64,000 nt of DNA, taken from positions 2,912,001 to 2,976,000 of the forward strand of contig JASGJH010000001.1 of the NCBI GenBank assembly GCA_047601445.1. The letters are read 5' to 3'. The notes beneath the pieces were generated by a model. The model searched no databases. It saw only the letters and a program-made list of their open reading frames with translations, and was not told where the DNA came from. Shown here piece by piece: positions 10,525-22,399 of this stretch (position 1 is the first letter of the stretch; each line of letters opens with the position of its first letter). The position numbers were made by a program, and so were the translations under genes. The DNA comes from Myxococcales bacterium (lineage in GTDB: Bacteria; Myxococcota_A; Polyangia; Polyangiales; DASUME01).

Positions 10525-10835
10525 GGGGGCATCCTTTTAGAAGCGAGCCGCCGAGCCAGGCTTTGCACGTCTAACCGTGGTCCGGGTCTCCTTCGCTTAT
10601 GCGCGCAGGGGGCGAATCCTTGGGCGAAGGCGGGGTGATGCGTCGCGCGTAACCGGGATTATCAGAACAGGTCGAGCCGAGCCGATGTCTCCTCGCTTGC
10701 ACCACCACGCCCGGGCCGAGGCAAACCGCCACGGCACCTTGCCACTCGGCGTTCCGATCACCCCGACAATTGCCCGCGCAGCCAAGAATCGTTCGAATGG
10801 GAGCCAGTGTCCGGGCAACGCTTGCAATGTTAGAA

Positions 10836-11295
10836 ATGGGGCTAGCGCTCGGGGGTCGTCTTAACTTCGGCGATGGTGTGGTGGGCCCCGTGGGAACCAC
10901 GGACCTCGTGCTAGCCAAGCTCGATGCGTCCGGCAATCCGCTGTGGGTCGAGCGCTACAACGCCGACTCGTTTACGGGAACCTTCTCGTTGGCGGTATCC
11001 GCGGGTGGGTCGATCGTGCTCTACGGCAATTTCGGCAGGATCCATCACCTTCGGCGGGGATGCGCTCAGTGGAACCACCAACGCCGCGTACTTGGCCAAA
11101 TTCTCCGCGCTGGGGGCGTTCATCGGACAACACGAGATGACGATCGCCAACGCCGCCACCAATCTGTGGGCTGCCGCGGACCCGAGCGGTAGCACCCTGG
11201 TCTTCGTCGCAGGAAAGAACCTCGATCTCGGCAACGGCGCGATCCTCACTGGGCCCGCGGGCGGCATCGCGCTGGCGAAGCTGATCTGGCCCTGA
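10836..11295 (+). pseudogene. C-terminal remnant of a beta-propeller (SBBP-like repeat) protein, frameshifted near 11034
   Basis: DLVLAKLDASGNPLWVERY and YLAKFSALG repeats sit in two frames that join by removing one G; no signal peptide or N-terminal part. Confidence 0.55.
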
Positions 11296-11528
11296 TGCCC
11301 GCCGGGCGGACTCGAGCGCGAACTCCTTGGCGCGCAGGGGCTCGCCATCGCCGCGTGCCGCACGGGCGCTTTCGGGTCCGCCCAGCCGGGTGCACTTCTT
11401 GACGCACGGGTGTTTATGCCCCGCGGGGAACCCTGGCTGGCCGACGGCCCCTGGTCGGAGCAAGACAGGGGTTGGGCTCGCGGATGAGGTGGAGGGCCTC
11501 CGAGGCCGCCCCGCCTGAGGCACCTGCG

Positions 11529-13772
11529 ATGACGTCCAAACCCGGCGCACTCTGTTCGCTCGTCGCTCGAAGGCTGGTCGAGGCTGCTCCTGCAAGTTGC
11601 CTGGATGAGGTGCTGGCGGTTTGCGCTCAGCACGGCTTTGTCAACGTCGAGGGGGATGGTCGGGGGCCTGCGTGGATCAGCCTGGAGTGCAAGGGTCGAG
11701 CGATCCGTCTGGGTGCGCCCGACGCGACGCCGGATGCGAGCACGCTCGAGTTACTGACCGAGCTTCTGAGGGCCGCCGCCGTGCGCACCCTCGATCACGA
11801 GGAGAGCGAGCGCATCCGCGAGCGCATGGAGATGCTCTCTGCAGCGTCCTTCGAAGGCATCATAATTCACGAGGCGGGCCTGGTCATCGACGTCAATCAA
11901 CGCTTCCTCGAGCTCTTCGGGTACAGCAAGGAGGAGGTGCTCGGTAAACCCGCGGTGCGACAGTTCGTGGCGCCCGAGGACCAAGCGAGCACGCAGGAAC
12001 GGGTCGCGCGGCGCATCGAGGGAACCTACCTCCTGACGGCAATGCGCAAGGACGGGTCGCGCTTTCTGGTCGAGGTGCAGACCAAACAGGCACGCCTGGG
12101 GACGCGACCGGTGCGGGTCGCAGCGTTGCAGGACGTGACGGAACGCGAGCGCCGAAATGAGTTGTTGCGCGAGAGCGAGCAGCGGCTGCGACACCTCGTG
12201 GAGGCTCGCTTCGACTTCGTGACCATCGCCCGCGACGGTGTGTTCATCGACGCTGGCGGCAACGTGGAGGCGGTGCTCGGCATCGCGCCTGAGCAATTGG
12301 TGGGACGCTCGATCTTGTCGGTGGTCGCGCCGGAGGAACAGGAGCGCTGGACCCCCATCGTCGAGCAAAACCGCCTGGGCGTGTTCGAGACCGTGGTGGT
12401 GTCGGCGAGCGGCGAAAAGGTGCCCGTGGAGGTCGTGGCGGTCCGTTCCTCCCTCGATGGCGAGCCCGTGCGTTTGAGTGGCGTCCACGATCTGCGCGAG
12501 GCCCGACGCCTGGAGCGCGAGCGTCAAGAGCTCAAGCTGCGCGTGGAGCGCGGGCAGCGCCTCGAAAGCCTCGGCCTGTTGGCGGGCGGCATCGCCCATG
12601 ACTTCAACAACCTGCTCGTGGGTGTGCTCGGCAATGCCGAGTTGCTCTGCGCACGGCTCACTCGACCGCAAGACCTCGCCTGCAGCGAGGCCATCCGTGT
12701 CGCCGGCGAGCGCGCGGCGAGCCTCACGAAGCAGTTGCTCACCTACGCGGGCAAGAGCGCGCCGCTGGAGCGGGAGCCCGTCGATCTGCACGCTCTCCTT
12801 CGCGAGCTGCGCTCCGCCCTGGATGCAACGCTCTCGAAGCGAGCGCAGCTGGAGCTGACCTTGGAGCCTGGTTGCCGCGTGATGGGCGAACGTGCAGCCC
12901 TTACCCAGGTCTTTCTCAATCTCTTGACCAACGCCTCGGACGCCCTGGCCGATCGCCCCGGCGTGATCGAGGTCTCCATGCGACGCGTGAAGAAACCAGG
13001 CCCGGAATGGCAGGATGCCCTCAGTGCGTCGAGTCGGTCCAAGCGCACGAGCGGGGAGCCCGAGCGCCCGAGCCAAGAGCTCGCTCAGCCGGGCGAATGG
13101 ATCCTGGTGCAGGTGGGGGATACGGGTTCGGGCATGGACGAAGCCACCGCGGCGCGCATGTTCGAGCCCTTCTTCTCCACCAAGGCCAAGGGGCACGGGC
13201 TGGGCCTCGCTGCGTGTCTGGGGATCGTCAGCGCGCACGGAGGGGTCATCCGCGTGGAGTCCGAGCTGGGCCACGGTACGCGTATCTCGTTGCTCTTGCC
13301 CGCGTTGGCTGCGCGAGCGGAGGAACGGCTAGTCGAGTCCCGCGTGCCACAGCCAGTCCCCTGCAAGATTCTGGTGGTGGACGACGACCCCCTCGTCCGC
13401 ACCAGCATCCGCTACTCGCTCGAGCCGCGCGGCTTCGTCATCGTGGAAGCGGCTGACGGCGAGGGCGCCCTCGATTGCTATCGGCAGGTGGCGGCAGATC
13501 TGCTGATCGTGGACTTCACCATGCCCGGAATCGACGGTGGGGAGCTGGTCCGTAGGCTGCGAGCTGCGGGACTCTCTACGCCCATCATCCTATCGTCCGG
13601 TCATCTCGAGAGTGCCCTGTTGCGCGGTCTGCCCACGACCGCCATTCAGGCGACCTTGCACAAGCCCTATGGCGTCAACGCGCTCCTCGAGGCCATTGCA
13701 CGCGCACGCGGCACCGCGGACGAGGAAGCAAGCGCAGGGCACGGAGTCACGGGCCCGCGCGATTCAGACTAG
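11529..13772 (+). CDS. Hybrid sensor kinase (PAS-PAS-HisKA-HATPase-REC)
   Basis: Two PAS domains, AGGIAHDFNNLL, NLLTNA, DTGSGM, FFSTK, GLGL, C-terminal LVVDDD...DFTMP...KP. Confidence 0.93.
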   Translation: MTSKPGALCSLVARRLVEAAPASCLDEVLAVCAQHGFVNVEGDGRGPAWISLECKGRAIRLGAPDATPDASTLELLTELLRAAAVRTLDHEESERIRERMEMLSAASFEGIIIHEAGLVIDVNQRFLELFGYSKEEVLGKPAVRQFVAPEDQASTQERVARRIEGTYLLTAMRKDGSRFLVEVQTKQARLGTRPVRVAALQDVTERERRNELLRESEQRLRHLVEARFDFVTIARDGVFIDAGGNVEAVLGIAPEQLVGRSILSVVAPEEQERWTPIVEQNRLGVFETVVVSASGEKVPVEVVAVRSSLDGEPVRLSGVHDLREARRLERERQELKLRVERGQRLESLGLLAGGIAHDFNNLLVGVLGNAELLCARLTRPQDLACSEAIRVAGERAASLTKQLLTYAGKSAPLEREPVDLHALLRELRSALDATLSKRAQLELTLEPGCRVMGERAALTQVFLNLLTNASDALADRPGVIEVSMRRVKKPGPEWQDALSASSRSKRTSGEPERPSQELAQPGEWILVQVGDTGSGMDEATAARMFEPFFSTKAKGHGLGLAACLGIVSAHGGVIRVESELGHGTRISLLLPALAARAEERLVESRVPQPVPCKILVVDDDPLVRTSIRYSLEPRGFVIVEAADGEGALDCYRQVAADLLIVDFTMPGIDGGELVRRLRAAGLSTPIILSSGHLESALLRGLPTTAIQATLHKPYGVNALLEAIARARGTADEEASAGHGVTGPRDSD

Positions 13773-14228
13773 GCCGAGTTTCCGGGCTTGCTCGAACATC
13801 GCCGCCTGCTGTTCCGGCGTCATGCCCTCGACCATCGCACGCACTGCGGCCAGCTGCTCGGGCCCCATCTGCTGCATCGCGGCCTGCGCTGCGGCAAAGA
13901 GCTGCTCCTGCGACATGCCGGCGAACATGGCGGGATCGAGGCCCGGGAAGCCGCCGGCAAATGGTGACGGCGACGGCGAAGGAGCGGGGGCCGGAGACGC
14001 GAGCGCCACCGGCGCGAAGATCACCTTCTCGGGCGTCTTTTCGTGCCCGATGCCGCGCTCCGCGAGCACCTGGAGCACCTTGTTGAAACTGAGCCCCTTG
14101 GCATCCGCGGACTCGTACATGCGCACGAGCGGGAAGGCGACGCGGCGCTCGGGATAGCCGTTCTTCGTGAGCTGCGCGACGACGCTGTCGACGAAGGCTG
14201 CGAGCGGGTCATTCGGAGAATCGGTCAT
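13764..14228 (-). CDS. Hypothetical protein with Pro linker and Met/Gln-rich helical C-terminus
   Basis: Coherent ORF; KNGYPERRVAFPL domain followed by MSQEQ/MGPEQ/MTPEQ repeats. Confidence 0.7.
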   Translation of the reverse strand: MTDSPNDPLAAFVDSVVAQLTKNGYPERRVAFPLVRMYESADAKGLSFNKVLQVLAERGIGHEKTPEKVIFAPVALASPAPAPSPSPSPFAGGFPGLDPAMFAGMSQEQLFAAAQAAMQQMGPEQLAAVRAMVEGMTPEQQAAMFEQARKLGLV

Positions 14229-14306
14229 GATCGATGCGACATAGCACGGGCGCTCGCGGCGTGGCGCCCCCGGCTCGCGAGCGTCGCTCATGCGCTCGAC
14301 GAAGGC

Positions 14307-14942
14307 TCACAGGAAGGGCGAGCCGGGCGCGCCCCTGCGGAGGATGGTGAAGGCCTCGTCGAGGGTGGCGAGAAACGCGGCGCGGACCTCCTGGGCACTA
14401 TCGCCCGCCCGCTGTCGACGTAGGGCCGTGGTGTAGGCGACGCGCCAGGCGGCGGTCAGCATGCTTGCGATCAGGCGCGCGCTGGGCTCCTTGCGGCCGA
14501 TGCTGTTCTGCAAGAGCTCGGTCAGGCCGGTCTCGAGTTCGTCGCGCATCTCTCTCGCGCGCGCCCGCAGGGCAGGACTCTCTTTCACGGTACGCCAAAA
14601 GGCGCCGACCCCAGCGGTGAACTTGGCCTGGATTTGGCGTTCATCGACCATGCGGTGCGCCAGCATTTGAAGCGCAGCGATGGGCGACACATTCGCCGCG
14701 CGCTCGCGCAGGGCCTGCTCCACCAGCGCCAGGTCCGACACGCCGCGGTCGAAGTACAGGTCCTCCTTGCGCGCGAAGTAGTTGAAGACCGTCATCTTGG
14801 ACACGTTGGCTGCCGACGCAATCTCGCTCACCGAGACGTTCTCGAAGCCGCGTTCCTGGAACAGGCGTGTGGCCACGTCCGAGATCGCTTGGCGGGTCTC
14901 GCGCTTCTTGCGCTCGCGTAGGCCTTCGTCGTCGCTGGTCAT
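14307..14942 (-). CDS. TetR-family regulator
   Basis: GLRERKKRETRQAI..F..RGF....EIA..ANVSKMTVFNYF..KEDL. Confidence 0.93.
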   Translation of the reverse strand: MTSDDEGLRERKKRETRQAISDVATRLFQERGFENVSVSEIASAANVSKMTVFNYFARKEDLYFDRGVSDLALVEQALRERAANVSPIAALQMLAHRMVDERQIQAKFTAGVGAFWRTVKESPALRARAREMRDELETGLTELLQNSIGRKEPSARLIASMLTAAWRVAYTTALRRQRAGDSAQEVRAAFLATLDEAFTILRRGAPGSPFL

Positions 14943-14951
14943 CCTGAGCAC

Positions 14952-14992
14952 AAGTTTAGACCGAGATTTAATTTGTACCCGGTAAAAGTTTA
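14952..14992. promoter_or_regulatory. AT-rich divergent promoter with imperfect palindrome tttgTACC-c-GGTAaaa (candidate TetR operator)
   Basis: AT-rich patch between the divergent tetR and monooxygenase genes. Confidence 0.4.
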
Positions 14993-15007
14993 AGTCAGGC
15001 TCGATGC

Positions 15008-16480
15008 ATGACGGAATCAGTCGTGATCATCGGCGCGGGCCCAGTCGGCCTCTGTTTGGCCATCGAGCTCGCCCTGGCTGGGGTGCGCCCGCTCGTGCTG
15101 GAACGGCTCGAGCAGCCGGACGAGACGGTGAAGGCTGGTATGATCAGCCCCTTGGCCGGCGAAGCCCTCGAGCGTCGCGGCTTCGCAGACGCAATCGCCA
15201 CCGCGGAATCGGCGATGGCGGCGGCCATGCGAGAGATGCTGCGCGATCGCCCTGGTGTACCGCTCGACAACCCATGGCGCCGCCTGGGCGGACACTTCGC
15301 CGGCCTGTTCCTGATCGACCAGACGCGTCAGCGGACCCCCGAACGCAGGATGCGGGGCGTCAAGCAGAGCGCGCTCGAGGCGATGCTGCAGGAGCGCGTG
15401 CGAACGCTGGGCATCGAGGTGCGGCGCGGTGAAGAGTTGCTCGACTTCACACAACACGAGCGCGGCGTCGCGCTGCAAGTTCGGAATGCGGGTGGCCTCT
15501 ACGCGCTCGAGACAAGGTACCTGGCAGGGTGCGACGGTGGACGCAGCCAGGTGCGCAAGCAGGCCGGGGTCGCGTTCGTCGGCACGGACCCGACGCTCAC
15601 GGGCTATCAGGCCATCGTGGAGCTCGACCATCCCGAGCGCCTGTCGCGAGGTTGGCGCCGTACGGAGAACGGGATGATGTCTCACGGCCCGACGCCCGGA
15701 CGCCTCATCCTCGTGCGCTTCGACGGCCCGCCTCCGCCGCGCGACGTGCCGATCATGCGCGACGAAGTGGAGCAAGCTCTACGCTCCATCAGCGGAGCAG
15801 ACGTGCGCATCGAGCGTCTGCACGAGGCCACACGCTGGTCCGACAACACGCGCCAGGCGACCACCTACCGCGTGGACCGAGTGTTCCTCGCAGGCGATGC
15901 GGCGCACGTGCACTCGCCGTTTGGCGGTCAGGGCCTGGGTCTCGGGCTGCTCGATGCGGTCAATCTCGGCTGGAAGCTGGCCGCCGCCGTGCGAGGCGAA
16001 GCGCCAGCCGACCTGCTCGACAGCTACACGGCGGAACGTCACCCCATCGCAGCGCGCGTGCTGGCGAACACGCGCGCGCAAACCGCGCTGATGCGTCCCG
16101 ACGCGCAGACCTCTGCACTTCGCGACATCGTCTCCGAGATCATGAGCAGTGATTGGGGCAATCGCTTCTTCGGCGAGCTGATCAGCGGCGTGTCCATCCG
16201 CTACGACCTGGGCACCGAGCAGCCCGAGGTCGGCACCATCACGCCCGATCGCAGAATCGAAGGGGAGTCCATCTCGTCGCTGATGCGCGAGGGCGGTGCG
16301 CTGCTGCTCGACGGCAGCGGCAAGGCCAGCGAGCTCGCCGCGCCGTGGCGGTCCAAGGTCCGTTGCGTGCACACCCAGGGGACTTCGCAGCTAATTCGTC
16401 CCGATGGCTGCATCGCGTGGATGGGCGCCGGAACCGAAGGGCTCGAGGCCGCGCTGAGCCGCTGGTTCGGCGCTCCCTGA
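15008..16480 (+). CDS. FAD-dependent aromatic monooxygenase (Rox/RdmE-like group A)
   Basis: GAGPVG, GGHFAG, GCDGGRS, LAGDAAHVHSPFGGQG, NLGWKLA, ERHP..A.VL.NTRAQ, IRPDG..AW, RWFG. Confidence 0.9.
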   Translation: MTESVVIIGAGPVGLCLAIELALAGVRPLVLERLEQPDETVKAGMISPLAGEALERRGFADAIATAESAMAAAMREMLRDRPGVPLDNPWRRLGGHFAGLFLIDQTRQRTPERRMRGVKQSALEAMLQERVRTLGIEVRRGEELLDFTQHERGVALQVRNAGGLYALETRYLAGCDGGRSQVRKQAGVAFVGTDPTLTGYQAIVELDHPERLSRGWRRTENGMMSHGPTPGRLILVRFDGPPPPRDVPIMRDEVEQALRSISGADVRIERLHEATRWSDNTRQATTYRVDRVFLAGDAAHVHSPFGGQGLGLGLLDAVNLGWKLAAAVRGEAPADLLDSYTAERHPIAARVLANTRAQTALMRPDAQTSALRDIVSEIMSSDWGNRFFGELISGVSIRYDLGTEQPEVGTITPDRRIEGESISSLMREGGALLLDGSGKASELAAPWRSKVRCVHTQGTSQLIRPDGCIAWMGAGTEGLEAALSRWFGAP

Positions 16481-16565
16481 GCGCGCCCGTTGACTTCCGA
16501 CGGCCTCAGTGTTAGCCCTGCCCCACCCTTGGCGTGATCCACACGGTCGCACGCAGGCAGGCGTC

Positions 16566-17956
16566 GTGAAGAACGGCAGCAGCAAGCAAGACGCGGCCCA
16601 GCAGCGAACATCGCCAGCCCGCCGTACGGAAGACGGCTCCGAGGATCCCTCCCCGCTCCATCTGGTCGCCTTGGCTGGCACGCCGGAACGGGTCGAGCTC
16701 GAGCCGCGGCGCGTGCTGTTCGGGCGTGGCGCCGACTGCGACGTGGTGCTGCCTGGAACCGAGGCCTCTCGCCACCACGCAGAGGTCCTGCGCGCGGGGC
16801 CGGTCTTCGCGCTGCGCGATCTCGGGAGCACCAACGGCACATTCTTGAACGCAGTTCGAGTACGCGAGGCGGAGTTGCTGCCCGCCGGCCTCGTGCGCAT
16901 GGGCGATTGGATCGCCGTGGCGCGGCGCTGCGGAGCAGTTTGCGACCACACCTTCCGCGCCCACGGGCCAGGCCTGTGGGGAGGCGCCGCGATGGCAGCG
17001 GCGCTCGGTCTCGCGCGCAGCGCGGCAGCCAGTGATCTGCCCGTCATCCTGGAGGGCGAGACCGGCACCGGGAAAGAGGTGGTGGCGCGGGCCGTCCACG
17101 CGTGGAGCGGTCGAACGGGCCCCTTCGTCGCGGTGAACTGCGCGGCCTTGCCCGAGACCCTGGCCGAAGGCGAGCTCTTCGGGCATCGGCGGGGTGCTTT
17201 CACAGGGGCCGAGCGCGCGAACGCGGGCTATTTCCGCGCGGCCCACGGCGGCACGCTCTTGCTTGATGAGATTCGCGATCTGCCCCTCGCGCTGCAGGTG
17301 AAGTTGCTGCGCGTACTCGAGCAGCGCGAGGTGACCCCGCTGGGGCAAACCCAACCGGTCCCGATCGACGTGCGGGTGGTGGCCGCCGCGCAGGAGCCCC
17401 TACAGAAGGCCGTGGAGCAGCGGCGTTTTCGCGCGGACCTCTACGCGCGACTCGACGGGCTCACCGTGCATTTGCCGCCGCTGCGGGAGCGCATCGAGGA
17501 CGTGCCGGGTCTGCTAGGGCGCTTCTTTGCGGACCTGGGCATGAACCGCCCCCCTGTGCTGACCGCCAATGCGCTCGAGACCCTCGCGCTCTACGACTGG
17601 CCCTTCAACGTGCGGGAGCTGCGCTTCCTGGCGCAGCGTCTGGCCATCTCGCTGGGTGAGCGCGTCGAGATCCATCGACGGGATCTGCCCGAGCGCATGC
17701 AGTCCGCACGACCGCGCGCGACAAGCGCTGGCCAGGCGGCACCTCCACGCAATACGCCCCCGCACACTAAGGAGAGCGACCTCGATCGCTTTCTCGCGGA
17801 GCTTCGCGCCCACGGCGGCAACGTGTCGCGTGCCGCGCGGGCGGCAGGCATCTCGCGCATGCGCGCTTATCGGTTGATGAACGCCACGCCGGGCATCGAC
17901 ATGGCGGCCTTGCGCGCAGGGAACGACGACGAACCCGAGTCGAACTCGGAGACGCC

Positions 17957-17960
<4 letters not shown>
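16566..17960 (+). CDS. FHA-domain sigma54-dependent transcriptional activator
   Basis: FHA (GR..., SRHHA, DLGSTNGT), GETGTGKE, GAFTGA, LLLDEI, WPFNVREL, Fis-type HTH; start approximate. Confidence 0.93.
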
Positions 17961-19489
<1,529 letters not shown>

Positions 19490-19493
<4 letters not shown>

Positions 19494-20596
19494 GCCTCGA
19501 AGTCTCCAAGCTGCACGGCAGGGGACGTCTCCTCGCCATCTTGCTGTGTCTGGGCTGCCTCGCGATCGCTCAACGCACGCGCGCGGACGCGGTATCGGTT
19601 GAGGACATGGCACGGGCGAGCGAACACTTCGACCGCGGCAACGGGTTCGTCGAAGGCGGCAATTTCGCGGCGGCAGCCGTGGAATTCGAGCAAGCGCACG
19701 CGCTCAGTCACGACGATGCCGTACTGCACAACCTCGGCATGGCGTACATCGTCCTGTATCGGCCGCTGGAGGCGATCAGCGCCCTCTCGCGCTACCTCGA
19801 ACACGAAGGCGAGCGACTCTCCCCCGACGAGCGGGAGTCTCTGGTCCGCCTGATTGCAGAGCAGAAGCAGCGCACCGGAACCCTCTCCTTGCAAGTCGAG
19901 CCGAGCGCTGCCCAGGTCAGGCTCGACGGTCGCGATCTCGGCGCAAGTCCGCTCGCCCCCATCACGCTCGCGCTGGGTGCGCACCAGCTGGAGGTGTCCT
20001 GCGCGGGTCACGTACGCGAGCTGCGGACGCTCGTACTCACGGAAGCACAGACGGATCTCAAGGTCACACTGCGTGCCGAATCGTTCGCAGCGCCATTGGA
20101 CGCTGCCAGCGTGGCGCCGCAGCCGACCCCTGAGCCGGCTCTCGTTCCGGCCGCGAAGAAACCAGCGAGCGCCCAGGCGCAGGCGCGAGCCTCCCAACAG
20201 GACGCACGGCTCCAGCGCACGGGCATCGTCACGCTGGCCGCGGGCGTCGGGGCGGGCGTGGCAGCGCTCACCGTCTACCTGATCTCGAACGGCCGCTTCG
20301 ACACCTGGCAAAAGCAGCAGCACCAGATCGACGCGCTCGCCCATGCCGCGGGGCAGATGCCTGCCAATGCCTCCGTCGACGATCCCCTCGTGGCGATGCA
20401 GAAGGACAACGACAACCTACTGCGCTCGGTGTGGCGCATGGATCATGCTGCCGTGGCCCTGAGCATCCTCGGCGGAGGCCTGGCGTTGAGCGGATCCATG
20501 CTGCTTTGGAAGACCAAGCGGCGTCGTGACGCACGGTCGCTCACGTTGCGGGTGGCGCCCATGGGCACTCGTCTCGCGATTCGCGCACATTTTTAG
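19490..20596 (+). CDS. TPR + PEGA domain protein
   Basis: Signal peptide, TPR helices (HNLG..Y..L....EA..YL), PEGA (V.P..A.V.LDG...G.H.L.V), C-terminal hydrophobic segments. Confidence 0.85.
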
Positions 20597-20612
20597 GGCA
20601 AGGAAGGTCGCT

Positions 20613-22211
20613 GTGAGTCGGTCCGCGGTCGCATGGATGGAGAGGAAGTCAGGCTGGGCAGCCGTAACCCACGCCGTCATGCTCGCATTCTCGAGCGCGT
20701 GCCACGGCGGGGAACTCGGCGGAAACTACGACCTGCGCTGCCTTCGCTCCTCCGACTGCCGAGCCGACTCGGACCCCCTGGATCTCGACGCGGACGTCGC
20801 GCCAGACGGCGCGAATGGTCAGCACGCAGGAGATGGCGGCGAGCCCCCGGACGGCGACACTCCCGACCGAGGAGACGGCGATGGCGACGCCATGAACTCG
20901 GGAGCTCTCCCGGATGCTGGTGACAACGCCGCGGGTGATGCCGGGAAGGATGCTGGAGACGAGCTTCCCTACGTGTGGCCGGAGCTCCCCGACGGCGGGC
21001 TGCTCGAGTCCCTCATCGAGTACGTGGCGCCTCGCGTGGTGTTCGTGGATCAAACCCCGCGCATCCGAGTCTTTGGGACCTTGCTGTTGTCTGGTGACGG
21101 CTTCCCCGTGTACGTGGATGACAAAATCCAGGGAGCCTTCAAGGCCATCGACGACTCCGAGGGTTGGTTCCAACTCTCGTCCAAGCTCGCCGAGGGAGAG
21201 CACTTCGTGCAAGTGGGTGCACGCGCCGGCGCCCAGCGCCCCGGCGCTCGCCTGGTCGCGGCCAAGCGCATGCAATACGAGAACGCGGACGTCACCATCA
21301 CGCAGCCGCCAAGGTCCTTGGTATACGCCCCGGAGCACCGCGCGTTCTTCTTCGTGTTCTACACGGACGCGACGGACTATGTCCTTGCGCGCTTGCGCTT
21401 CGACGGCGTGCGCTGGCGTTACGATGAGCTCGACGTGCCCAAGCCCATCTCGATCGCCGTGGCCGCGGATGGACGGGAATTGCTCGTGCTCAATGCCAAT
21501 GCAGCGATCCTGCACGTGGACCCCGCCGCCTTCACGCTGACGTCGACCGAGCTCATCTCGTCCACCAGTATCTACGGCACGAGCTTCGGCGAGATCTACG
21601 CGCTGGCCGACGGCCAAGTGCTGCTGCGTGACCGCGACGCCCTTCGCGAATACCCGTCCCTCGACGCGATGCAGGTCATCTATGCCAGCACGCCCACCGG
21701 CTACTTGTCTCAGGACCAGACTCGCTTGCTATGGGCCGACTCCGACCAACAGTCGAATGCGGGCAAGGTCTACTCCTATGAAGCGGGAGCATCCCACGCC
21801 TTCACGCAAGCCCGCTTTCTCGGCGGCGCGAACAACGGGGTTTCAATCAGCGGCGACGGCAGGCGGGCTAGCCAGGCCGGCGATATCTACGATGGGGATT
21901 TGAACTACGAGGCCGCACTCGCAGGCGCAGGCTCTACGGGTTCCGTCGTCTTGTCGGGCAACGGCCAGATCGCGCTGGGTTACAACTGGAGCCAAAAGGC
22001 ACTGCAGACCTACGACTTGAGCGGCTCCGTGCACCCATTTCCGGCGCTCGGTCAGCCGTTGCAGCTCTTCAAGGACAACAACGGCAACCTCCTTCAGATG
22101 ATGCTGGATGAGAACGGCAGCACGGCCTTCCTGTTCTCCTATCACTACACGACCGTGGGTCCGAGCCAGACGGACTTTTACTTCCAGGTGCGCAAGCTCC
22201 CCGCTCCCTAG
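20613..22211 (+). CDS. Lipoprotein with acidic tether, Ig-like segment and beta-propeller (YncE-like)
   Basis: FSSAC lipobox-like motif, DAG-rich linker, repeated S.DG/AADG blade motifs; AGGAAGG before GTG. Confidence 0.7.
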   Translation: MSRSAVAWMERKSGWAAVTHAVMLAFSSACHGGELGGNYDLRCLRSSDCRADSDPLDLDADVAPDGANGQHAGDGGEPPDGDTPDRGDGDGDAMNSGALPDAGDNAAGDAGKDAGDELPYVWPELPDGGLLESLIEYVAPRVVFVDQTPRIRVFGTLLLSGDGFPVYVDDKIQGAFKAIDDSEGWFQLSSKLAEGEHFVQVGARAGAQRPGARLVAAKRMQYENADVTITQPPRSLVYAPEHRAFFFVFYTDATDYVLARLRFDGVRWRYDELDVPKPISIAVAADGRELLVLNANAAILHVDPAAFTLTSTELISSTSIYGTSFGEIYALADGQVLLRDRDALREYPSLDAMQVIYASTPTGYLSQDQTRLLWADSDQQSNAGKVYSYEAGASHAFTQARFLGGANNGVSISGDGRRASQAGDIYDGDLNYEAALAGAGSTGSVVLSGNGQIALGYNWSQKALQTYDLSGSVHPFPALGQPLQLFKDNNGNLLQMMLDENGSTAFLFSYHYTTVGPSQTDFYFQVRKLPAP

Positions 22212-22326
22212 GCGCCCGCCCGTGAGTGTTCGCGTGCTGTTACAGCGAACGTTCGCTGGGGCCAAGCGAACACTCGCTCAGCGCGCCCGCAGTGGGTGAA
22301 TTGCGTGTTTTTCGGCGTTCCCGCCT

Positions 22327-22342
22327 TGGCTCACGTCTTGCT
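22327..22342 (+). promoter_or_regulatory. Sigma54 (-24/-12) promoter TGGCTC-ACGTC-TTGCT
   Basis: GG-N10-GC spacing, one mismatch to TGGCAC-N5-TTGCW, about 60 bp upstream of an AGGAG-GTG start. Confidence 0.6.
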
Positions 22343-22399
22343 CTGGCCCCCTACGCTGCGCGCCCCAAGTCGGGGCGTCCGCGGTCAGGAGCCTCGATC

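Noticed and set aside
10718..10760. GGCAAAC suggesting a c-di-GMP-I riboswitch
   Set aside because: Lacks the GNRA-capped stem and the downstream GCAAAG/P2 elements.
11751..13274. Long antisense ORFs here and elsewhere (e.g. 60601..62340, 17514..18875)
   Set aside because: Expected stop-poor shadows of high-GC3 genes, with no motifs.
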